NCBI GenBank assembly: GCA_951406725.2 | Contig: OX597817.1 | Span: 88,598,001 to 88,662,000, forward strand | Length of the DNA stretch: 64,000 nt | From: Octopus vulgaris | Taxonomy: Eukaryota | Direction of reading: 5' to 3' | Shown: positions 40,394 to 52,200 of the stretch, in pieces | Numbering within the stretch: the stretch's first letter is position 1 | How the letters are laid out: the number at the start of each line of letters is the position of its first letter | Position numbers and translations under genes: made by a program | Notes under the pieces: generated by a model | What the model was told of the DNA's origin: nothing | The model's database searches: none | Seen by the model: only the letters and a program-made list of their open reading frames with translations

Positions 40394-41767
40394 ACCTATA
40401 ATATATGTTTCTTTTTCTTTTGTAGAAACTTTTCCTGCTTTTCATATTGATATGAAAATAAAATGCTCTTTAGAACGTTCTCGGATTTATCAACAGAAAC
40501 ATCAGTTTTATTTTGCTGCTAAGCTTTGCTGTGAGACCATGAATAATATTCAGCAACTAAGACTTCCAGACTTACTTGCAATACCATCATCTCTTAAAAG
40601 GTTAGAATAATTAATTATCTTCTTATGTTTTTTGAGTAGAACAATTGATCATTTCAATGAAATCATTAATTTTAGCATAGAAGTTTGTTGGATTAGATAT
40701 TTTATTGTAACTTTAGTAAAATATCTACACTATCACTCAAGTGAATGCAATGACTACAATAATATATATTTGCATCAGTTAAAATGATTTAAAAGATAAA
40801 ATAAGAAAGCAAAGCATCAATTTCTCCTTTAACCCTTTGGCAGTTAGATCACTCTTGTCAGATGTAATGCTTATTTGTTCACATTGTTTTGAATTTATCA
40901 TGCATTACCTTGTAGTTTCAAGATTTCAATGATGTGATTGTTTGTTTCAAGAATGACATTGTATAGAAGGTGTGAGGACTAAATTAAGCCTGTTTGAATG
41001 AAAAAACAGTTAAAAATATTGGGGCCAGATGCGACCAGTTTTACTACAGGAATCAAATATATCCACTCAAAATTTTATTACCCTTAACTGCAGAAAGCAG
41101 TTTTATATACCAGTCTTTTGTTGAGGAATGTCATTTTTGAAACTTTTTTTTTTATTGAGATAAGTTTAGTGAGGCAATATGACTTTCAAAAAGTACCAGT
41201 TATATTTTCTTGGTAGATATTTAACAGCATTAGTGGATTTACCATGAAATTTAATTTTGCACTTAAAAAGGATAATGTAAATTTTGTAAGCAAGCTGTGT
41301 TTTTGCCAATTAAATGTTAACCCAATTATATTATCCATGTTTCTAAATCTCAGAAAGGCATGCAAACCAAAGTTGATTTTCAGTATATGAACTCTGAAAT
41401 TAGATATAATATTCCAACCATTTCTTTCTCGATAAATAGGTATATAATTAAATAAGGATTTTTTTACTGTGGAATGAAAATGCATTTGTAGGGAAGGGAT
41501 GTAGTTGGTTGATTTATTTGATCTCTTTGTTATTGTTTTAATGTCCATTTTTCTATGCTTGCTTGAGTTGGCTGGAATTTGTTGAGGTAGATTTCCTGAA
41601 AATGTATGCTCTTCCTGTTGCCAACCTGCACCTGTTTTCAAGTAAAGTAATATTCCTCCTTGACCAGACATGTTTTCACATAAGATTTGAAATGAAGGAC
41701 ACCACTTGCATGAGAGCAACATTCATTTACAACTTTCACATGATGTCAAGGCTCGGAGACTGCAACT

Positions 41768-41800
<33 letters not shown>

Positions 41801-43180
41801 ACACACACATGTTCATGCACACACACAGGTGCAGGTGTGGCTGTGTGGTAAGAAGATTGCTTCCCAACTCCATGGTTCTGGATTCAGTACCATTGCATGG
41901 CACCTTGGACAAGTGTCTTGCACTATAGCCTTGGGCTGACCAAAGCCTTATAAGTGGATTTGGTAGATAAAAACTAAAAGAAGCCCTTTGTATATATATA
42001 TAATTTCTGTCTACCAAATCCGCTTGGCCATAGTAGAAGACGTTTGCCCAAGGTGACATACAGTGGAACTGAACCCAGAACTATGTGGTTGGGAAGTAAA
42101 CTTCTTACCATATAGTCAAGCCTGCTATTAATATTAAATAGATGAGAGGCAAAGCAAAGTCTGCTAGGATTTCAACTTAGAATATACATAACTATATACT
42201 GCACTTAACCAAATCTACCACTCTAGTGATACTCCTTGGCTGTTAAAGCCAAATTTTTTCTAACCCCTGCAGCAAATCTCAAGAGAATACCACTGAAAGC
42301 AGTACACCTGAGGCTAAACCTAACATTCTGTACAACACAGTTGATGTGGAACATTTATCAAAGAGTGCACCCTCACTATGGTTACAATGTCGTTTACAGC
42401 TGCTCAAAAGCATGAACTCATTTGTACCATTTGAAGAACATTGTAAAGGTAAAAATTAAATGCTTTACTTTTAGATAAAATTATATGTTTGAGAATGTCA
42501 GTATAGGATTTCATGATGAGTGGTGGAGGCATGTGGCTTAGTGGTTAGTGTTGGACTAACTCAGAATATACATAACTATATAACTAACTTACATGATTGT
42601 AAGATTGTCGTTTTTATTCCTGGACTGGGCAATCTGTTATGTTCTTGAGCAAAACACTTAATTTCATGTTACTTCAATCCACTAAACTGTAGAAATGAGT
42701 TTAGCCTGGAGAGGGATGGTCTCTGCTAGGCATTCTTGCTCTAGTTACACTACATGGTTACAGGGCCCCAATGGCTCCAAGGGGTTAAGGGGCTTGTCTT
42801 GAAGGGTGGTTTCACTGTATGGTAAACCAGTCCTGATAGTGGCCAAAACATCGAAGCATTCTGACCTCTCTTGAATGGCAAACTGCATATTATTGAAGAT
42901 TATTGATTTATTCTGTTCTGCCACCACTGTCACCATCATCAATTTTAAGTTCACTTTTCTTTGGTTGCATGGGTTGGATGTTGTTTATTGAGGCAGCCAG
43001 ATACTTGTTTTGCTGCCAACCCTCACTTGTTTCCAAGCAAGGTAATATTTCCCCATGACAAGATATTTTTTTGCAGAATTTTGGAGACAGTGACACTCAT
43101 TTAGAGCTATCATGTGATGTCAAGACAAGAAGATACAAACATTCACATACTCATACACTCATAAACACACACACATATTC

Positions 43181-43220
<40 letters not shown>

Positions 43221-46200
43221 TCTTTTATCCTTTTTCTTTTACTTGTTTCAGTCATTTGACTGTGGCCATAGTGGAGCACTGATTTAAAGAGTTTTAATCA
43301 AAGAAATGAATCCCCAAGATTTATTCTTTGTAAGCCTAATACTTATTCTATTAGTCTCTTTTGCTGCACTGCCAAGTTATAGGGGCCATAAACACTCCAA
43401 CATCAGTTGTGAAGTGATAGTGATGGTGGGGGCAAACAAAGATACACACGCATACATGTGTGTGTGGGGGGGAGTGAGTGTGTATATGGAAAATGTCTTC
43501 GTGTTTAGAAAGGAACAGTGTAGCTACAAGTTTGGGAGGTCAGTTTCTGTTACCAGCTGGTTATTTTGAATATGTATTATTAGCAATGTCCAAAAATTTC
43601 AAGAGAGGTCTTAATGAAGTGAGGGCTTCTTTAAATCAATTGAAATACGAAGAAAACATTCCACTGACTCAAACCATAGAATTCGCCATTTTGCATTTGT
43701 TAATCAATATGCCGTATTATTGAACACTTGAGAGAAATTTATTGACCGATATTTTTCTATATCTCTCCCCTTCCGATCTCAATTGTACTCCAAGTATTTT
43801 AGATCTCACCAAATATGTGATCCTGCAAATATCTAATCACATGCGTTGAATTACGCAGCAGACTTTTCACCCAAAACATAATATATACACGATCACTTTG
43901 GTGTATTTAAAGTTGGACATTCATGACTTCGTTAGAAATCGAACATGTGAACAGTCTCAAAACAGGCTGCATCGTCCAGGCTTTGAAGAAATCCTTCACT
44001 ACCAAGAAATCATTCAAACAATACCACAGTAGCCATAAGTAAAGTGCAACTGAGTACAGTCCACAGAGATATAAAGGATATGATGATTACTTTTCAGGAA
44101 TGCATAAATTTTCTTTGGAACACTCAACACATTCTTCCTCCATTAATAGTCGACCACTTATTATTATTATTGTTTTTTGTATTTATATTCGTATTACTTT
44201 TTGTTTTTTGTATTTATTTTCATGTAACATCGTCCATTTTTCTGTCCTTGTTTCGTATACATTCAATCCTTTTTCCAAGAAATCTAATGCTCGTAGCTTA
44301 GTTTTTCCTTGGGGCTGGCCAGATCGGAGCAATCTCAAGATTAATCAGCCGAAATTGCGAGGATGATCCGGTTCTTGACTGAAGATTAGAGGCTTCGAAT
44401 GACCCGTCCGTTTTCGTATTGTCTATTTGAATGTTTTGCATTCTTGTCCCATTTTGTATTTTTATATATATTTTTTTATACATTTATATATATATATACA
44501 CATCAGGCTTTTTTCAGTTTCCATCAACCAAGTCCACTTGCAAGACTTTGGTCAGCCTGAGGTTATAGTAGAAGACACTTGCTCAAGGTGCCATGCAGTG
44601 GAACTGAACCTGGAATCATTTGGTTGGAAAGCAAGCTTCTTACCACACAGCCATAAAACACCTACATGCATATACATGCATACATACATATATACATACA
44701 TACATACATACATATAGATATATATGCGCGTGAGTTGTCTGAGACTATGAGTCAGGGAAAAGATGCACTTGTATATCTGTCAATAGAGTGGGTACATTAT
44801 CTGAAATGTACAATATATATCCATCGTGGCTGATCTCACCAATCAGTTTCGTGCAAAGAATACAATGGAGTGTTAGGTAACAATCCAATTATATAACCAT
44901 ACACTCATCAGAGTTAGCTGATATGGAAGGGAATATGGCGACTGCTCTCTACTGTTGGCGGTTGATTAAAACATCTGTTTTGCAGCTGCTGTGCAGAAGG
45001 TGGTGAAATGTAAAAGTGTCAAGGGATTAGGTTAGGAGTTATGTCCTTTGGGTGGGTACTCTGTAAGGCCAGTAAGAGTTATCTTGCAGTGTTTATGGGG
45101 AAAGTGTATGTTATTAAGTGTGGTATTCCTGTGGGGATGGGATGTGTGATATGTGTAGTGGTGTCAAATGCATAATTTTTTCCAGGAGTGTAGGTATATA
45201 TGGTTAGTTGTGTTTGTTGGTCTGTTTTCTTTCTGTATTGGTTAAGGCCATTGGGGGAGGGGTTTATGTTAGCGTGTGGTGTGTAATGTGTGTGTGGGGG
45301 GAGGTCTATATATGTATGGGAGTACAATGTGTGTGAAGGAGTATATGTCTATATTGTGGGTATCTGCCTTGTATGGGTGTGCATGTGTGTACATGGGTGC
45401 ATTGGTGTGCGCTCTGGTCAAACTCTTTGCTGGGCCTAAGAGTATTGGTGGAAGGTTGAGACCAGGGGCCTGTGGTTGCAGTTATGGTGGAGCATGCAGG
45501 TACGACAAGATGTACTTCCTTTCATGTTGGCAAGGATTAAATACTTCACTCCTGCTATTCAGGTAAATATCCGGGTGTTGGGTACCCTTTAAAATTGCTC
45601 TCTTCTCAGCCAGGCACAATTTGCACTTCCTGCTGCTTTTGAAGTACAGTTTGCATTTCTCCAGGATCTTCCACTTTATGCTATACTCTGTAACACTTTC
45701 TTTCAAAGACCAAACATACTTGGTCAAGGTTGTGGCATTACGTCTCTGTGGGATGTTGGAAGACTTATATATAGTTATTAATAAAATATTAGTAATGTAG
45801 GCAAAATACTTCATAAGCTTTCTGCAGATACAAATACACCAGACTAACAAAAGGTGTTGTGATTAATTGAAGTTTATCTCCAGTCAACTTTGTAAATCCT
45901 TGATTGCATTTCTGAGTTAATATGGTATGTTTTCACAGAGTGATATATAAAAATAATAGGCATAAATAACGGGCTTTATACATTTATTTGTGCATTATAT
46001 ATTTACAGCTGTTTCAGATTTGTATTCTTGGTGTGTTCATGGTTCAATTTAATCATTTGATTTGTTGGACTCTGATGACAGTAGTATTGCAAAGTTCATT
46101 CATTACAGTTTCAATTGATCAATTGATCAATTGATTAAATTAAACCATGAATGCACCCAGAATACATATCTGAAACAGCTGTAAGTCTATAATGCAAAAA

Positions 46201-49200
46201 TAAATATGTAAAGTCCATTATTTATACCTATCTATTCATATAGATATATATGTACACATACGCATGTGCATATTTGAGACACAGAGTTGGGTGATGTGTG
46301 ATTATGAAATTCATTTTACAGCCATGTGGTCTCAGGAATTTAGAGCATAAGTAGGTGTCACCAAAGCATATTTTAGAGAATTAAATACTCAGGCATGCTT
46401 TTGCCATGAAAAATCATAGCAAAGTTAGTGTCAATTTTTCTGAGTAATTTACTCTCTCAAATAGGATCATTTTCAAATCAGCTTGTGTACATTGACATAG
46501 CAATTCTTCCTTCCACCACAACTTGGGTGAATACAATGAACTCTATGCTTCATTAACCTTTTTGTTACCATATTTTTATTGAGATACTCTGTTCCTTTCA
46601 ATTAATTTTAAATGTAACAAAGAATTTAGTAAAATAACTTAGTTATTAAGCTAGTGTTAGGAATACAAATTGTGGCTAAGGTTTCGTGGAAGATTTTAAT
46701 TCAGAACTTTAGAAAACAAGACATTTGTACTACAGAGCCAGAGGGGATTTCAGGTGGGTTGGTAGCGAAAGGGTTAAAGATGTATCTGATCAAAATATGT
46801 CTTGGGTTATCTCCTGTTCTTGTTGGAATATTTTAAATACTGTTAGTCCTTAATTAATATTATCTTTTCCTTGCTATTAATAACTGCTAATTTGCTTTTT
46901 TTGATGTTCACTATATTAAACATGTTAAACACTAAATTAACCATAAGTTTTCATGTTGATGACATCTCTGAATCATTTATTCTCTAAAATATGCCAAATT
47001 CCTATGCCAGTGAAAGTACAATACTTAGTAGAATTACTTTGTCAAATATGGGGAAGTCTGCAATTTGCTGAGATTATATAACATGTTCAGAGTTGTTTCA
47101 TATACCTGTCAGATTAATTAAAATGATATTGACTAATATTTTCCTTATTGCATAAGTACAGGCACACCTCAACTTATATCGGTAGTTGGTTCCATGATAT
47201 ATTACTTAACTTTTATTCAAGTTGGGTAAGATCAACTGAGGTTGGTTTTCTGCTGGAACTCTGTCTGTGACGATGAAGAGGGTTCCAGTTGATCTGATCA
47301 ACAAAACAGCATGCTTGTGAAGTTAATGTGCAAGTGGCTGAGCAATCCACAGACATGTGTACCCTTAACGTAGTTCTCTGGGAGATTCAGCGTGACACAG
47401 AGTGTGACAAGAGTGGCCCTTTGAAATACTGGTTCTACTCATTTTTACCAGCTGAGTGGACTGGAGCAATGTGAAATAAAGCTCAAGGACACAATGTGTC
47501 ACTGGGAATTGAACTCATGACCTTATGATCATGAGCCAAATACCCTAACCACCAAACCACATGCCTTGAGAATAGACATAAAGGCAAAAGAAGACTTAAC
47601 TCAAAATTATGTTAATTTGAAATATACCTGTATTTAATTAGCTTTTTGATGCTCACTACATAGGTATTGTTTTTATGTAGATGTCACTTGTGGATACTAG
47701 TAGTGGTATTGGTGGTAGATTTATTACCAAGTAGTTGATTAGTATTTTATTTTGGGTTTGCTTTTTTAACAACTGTACAATACAAAAATTATTGTGGTTC
47801 TTGGAAATATTAGCTTATTTGAGTGACATTAATTGTATCACATTGATTTTTGTAAATACAGTCTACACCTGCTTATTAGTGGTCTTGGTTATTCACGGAC
47901 TAATAATTGTTCATAGAAATCACCGCTTATTTGAAGAATTGTAAATATTGTGCACAATGTTTTATGGCAATATATATTTTTTCACACTTTTTAAGGCTAA
48001 ATTATTAATAACAATATACTGTATTTGCTGGCTTACTGGATACCCTTCGCAGTTGGAGCTCTCTCTGGTTAGAATAGCTGCACATCATGTCGCTTGATTG
48101 TTTACATCCCCATAATTTAGTGGTTCAACACAAGAGACTGATGAAATAATTACTAGGCTTACAAAGAATAAGTCCTGGCATTGATTTGTTCGACTAAAGG
48201 CAGTGCTCCAGCATGGCCACACTCAAATGACTGAAACAAATTAAAGAGTATATATTACCACTAGATACAGTAATTTATACTATAATAACTATAAGAAAGG
48301 GTGGGGACTAGCAAGTAACCTAATTTCAGTGAGGCTATATTGGTTCACAACCTTAAAAATGATCCTGTTGAAATAAACAATGTGTATGATCAAATGTAGC
48401 AATGATTTATAAAAAAAGTACCGGTATAAAATTAACGTTCAGTCTCATGTTGTATATATCTTTGATCAGGCATCGCTAGCCCAACATGAGACTGAACGTT
48501 AATTTTATACCAGTACTTTTTTTATAAATCATTGCTACATTTGATCATACACATTGTTTATTTCAACAGGATCATTTTTAAGGTTGTGAACCAATATAGC
48601 CTCACTGAAATTAGGTTACTTGCTAGTCCCCACCGTTTCTTATAGTTATTATAGTATAAATTACTGTATCTAGTGGTAATACAAACTAAATTTTTCAAAA
48701 CCATGATTATTTTTAATCTCAGCTCAATTTCCCATTGGTGGTATGTGCATATTAGATGAAAGGAAGATTTTTGGGAAAAACTGTGTCCAGTAGCTACCTC
48801 AAGTATTTTGTTGAGTGCTGTGTTTTTCGCAGCATGTTATTAAAGCCCTGAGATGCCGCCCAAATGCCCTACACCTTCTGAGGCTTCTGGCAGTGAACCT
48901 AAGCACCAGGAAAAGGTTATGACGCTCCATGAGAAGGCACAACTGCTGGATATGTTCTGGGAAGGTAAAAGTTATACTGCAGTAGGTCACTATTATGTTA
49001 TCAACAAAAGCACCATACACTACATAAAGAAGAATGAGGTGGCAATCAGGACTAGTGTAGCAGTAAGTTTTTGTGAAAGGGCCAGAAAGATAATGATAGT
49101 GAGAAATAAGCACTTCATCAGGATGGAATCTGCCTTGGCATTGTGGATCAGTGACTACAAGAAAAACCATCTCCTTGAGTGGTAACATTATCCTTGAAAA

Positions 49201-52200
49201 AGTATGGAAATTATACCAGCAGTTTGACAGAGGAAATGGAGCAGAAGGCACTGAAGAACTGCAACAAGACTATTGACAGCACTGGAGCTCGAAGATTTTC
49301 AAACCAGCAAGGGATGGTTTGACCTTTTCTAGAAACATTTTAAAATAAAGTGTGTTTCCCTGCATGGAAAAACAGCATCAGCCGACAAAGAAGTAGCCAA
49401 GAAGTACCTTGAGACCATCAGGCAGACCATTGAGGACAAGGGAAACAAGCCGGAACAGGTTTTCAATATGGATGAGACTGGCTTGTTCTGGAAGAAGATA
49501 CCTTCCAGAATGTACATCATGAAGGATGTAGCCAGAGACCCAGGATTTAGGGTACAGAAGGACAAAGTGATGCTAATTATGTGTAGCAATGCTGTTGGCT
49601 TCATGATGAAACCAGGATTTATCTACAAGTCCGTGAACCTGAAAGCCTTCAAAAATGAGGATAATACCTGCTGTCTGTTCACTGGATGCACAACCTCAAG
49701 GTTCGAATTACCAAAAGTCTAACTTTGCATTGATTCCATCCCTCAAGTCAAGGAATACCTCCAAAATGTATGCATGGAATTCAAAGTATTGCTTGTTATG
49801 GATAATGCTGGTGGTAACTCTTTAGAATAGAATCTTGAGGGAGTCCTAGTTGAGTTCCTCCCTGCCAACATCACCTCCCTCATCCAGCCTATAGATCAAG
49901 GCGTGATCCATGCCTTCAAGGCACTTTACACTCAGAACTCTTTCCAACACTTTTTGGAAGCAATGGATTCAGACGAGAATTTCAAGTTAAAAGAGTACTG
50001 GCATAACTTCATGATGGCAATGTGTCTGCCAGTCAGTCATCCACACTGCTCTTAAAGACATACAAAAAGAAACCTTCATCGCATGCTGGAAGAAAGTGTG
50101 GCCAGTGTGTGTCCAGGACTATGAGGGCTTCTCACCTGAAAATATTCTTTTCTACTCTAGGCACAAGGCCCAAAATTTTGGGGAGGGGGCCGGTCAATTA
50201 TATCGACCCCAGTATGCAGGATGGGGTTTTGTCGATTACATCAATCCCAGTGTATCACTGGTACTTAATTTATCGACCCTGAAAGGATGAAAGGCAAAGT
50301 CGACCTTGGCGGAATTTGAACTCAGAACGTAAAGACAGACAAAATACCACTAAGCATTTCACTTGGTGTGCTAATGTTTCTGCCAGCTTGCTACCTTTCA
50401 CCTGAAAATATTCAGCATGAGGCTGTCAGTCATGTGGTGAAACTGGCAAAGGTACTTGGTGATGAAGGTTTTGAAGACATCACGCAAGATGAGGTCAACA
50501 ATCTCATCGCTGCCCACTTTGAAACTCTGACAGACGAAGATTTGTTGGAGTTAATGATGTCTGCCAGCAAAGAAGAGGAGGAAGCACCAGATCCAGAGGA
50601 AGAGGCAGATGAGGTGGCAATCAAACGTCTGTCTGACCTTTTAAAGACAGCAAAGGAATTGCAAGGGAAGGTAGAATCATGGGATCTCTGTATGGTTTGG
50701 TCTTTCCAATTTAAAAATGCCATCAGTGCTGCCATGCAGATATATAAAACCCTTCTCAACACCTTGAAGAAACAAGGACAGCAACTTCCCATCACAATGT
50801 TCCTCAAGCCCACCAAGAAAGCCTTGCATGAAGATACAACATCCTCTAAAACACCTGAAAAAGAGGCGTCATCTGAAGAGCTTCAAATCTTCTTTGCTGT
50901 GCAGTCATTACCTTCATTATTTTTATCATCATTGTCTTAAATGGATATCATTCATTATTGGTGAGTAAACGTACATGTTACCTTATTTTTTACTAATGTA
51001 TGTATATATACATATATTTTACATTATATTTTGACATTTATAGGCATTTTTTTGGACCATGTCCAATATTCGCGGTTTTTCACTATTTGTGGGTGCTCTA
51101 GGAACGTAACTCCTGTGAATACCGGGAGACTATCGTAAATGTTTAAATGTCTATATTTCTAACACCTCCTATAGAATTTGACGAACCTTTGCTACCAGAA
51201 TGGGCATCTATTATGCAGTATTGTCAGGAAGGACAACAAGAAGCTAAAAATTGTAATGATTTTGAAAAAGAAGCTGATTTTATATATATAGAAGTACTGA
51301 ATCAGTTTAAAATGACACATTGTACCAAGACCTGTAACAATATATGTCAGGTAAGTTTTAAGTCTTGCCCATCTTTCAGTTGTTTGACACTGTAAATGCT
51401 AGAATTGGAAAATAAATATATTGGGTTGTCAGATTAATTACTTTTTTTCCATTTATTTTTAATCTTTACTTCCATCAACAATTTTAACAAATCAGTTAAT
51501 AATATATTTTTTGTTATTGCTTATGACTACTTGCCAACTTCCATTAGCTTGTAGAAACCATTGGGTCTTAACATGAAGAATGTATTGAGTCATATTTTCA
51601 GCCCCACATCATTGCTGAATATGGTGGGCATGGTAGAACATCCCAACTAAACACTTGAATAGCATTTTTGGTCAAATTAGTAACATCAGGGAAAAACATT
51701 GTTGTGCTGAAGAAGCATGTGGTATTGCTGGTTGGGTCATTTCTGCTGGACTGAAGGTGATGTGCAGTGGTATCATGAGATGATCCCATCTGCTGAACCA
51801 GTTCCCTCGAAGATTGGTGCAGACTCTTGTAGATGAGCTCATTCATTCAACCCTCATTGAACTGAAGAGGTCAGCCTGAATGCAGAGAGTCTGTGAGGTT
51901 GAATTGCCCCTCCTTGAAGTGTGGATACCATTTCTGTGCAGTTTTACCAGTCAGAGTACCTTCTCTGTACATGGCACAAATGCCTTTAGTGGCTTTGATA
52001 GTTTTGGAACCTCAAGTGAAAGCAAAGAGAAACCTATATCAAAAATGTGCATTTTTTTCTACTTCACACTCTGTTATCATATATCTGGAAACAGGTAAAA
52101 TTCATTCAGATTTCAAAAATGATAAACGGAAGTTGTAGAGAAAGAATAGAGCTCTAAGAACCATAAAATACTTTGATAAAAATATTTTTTGTGCTAATTC

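Larger units (their letters stand above)
47859..51135 (+). mobile_element. Tigger/pogo DNA transposon with nested SINEs and a fold-back
   Basis: TA|cagt... and ...gactatcg|TA termini; CENP-B HTH and DDE_1 motifs ([32 protein letters not shown]). Confidence 0.85.

Noticed and set aside
41186-41722. 178-aa minus-strand ORF
   Set aside because: It starts in a SINE/RTE tail and runs into AT-rich intron with no recognisable domain; probably a chance ORF.
43721-43849. Selenocysteine read-through of two in-frame TGA codons
   Set aside because: No SECIS was recognised and CpG decay of CGA is the simpler explanation.
44300-44420. Hammerhead-like pieces (ggctg..cagcc-GAAA; CTGAAGA..GAAT)
   Set aside because: The core elements do not occur together in the right order.
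48253-48681. Hammerhead in the 200-bp palindrome
   Set aside because: gaaacgg is present in one arm, but no CUGANGA box or NUH site is correctly placed.
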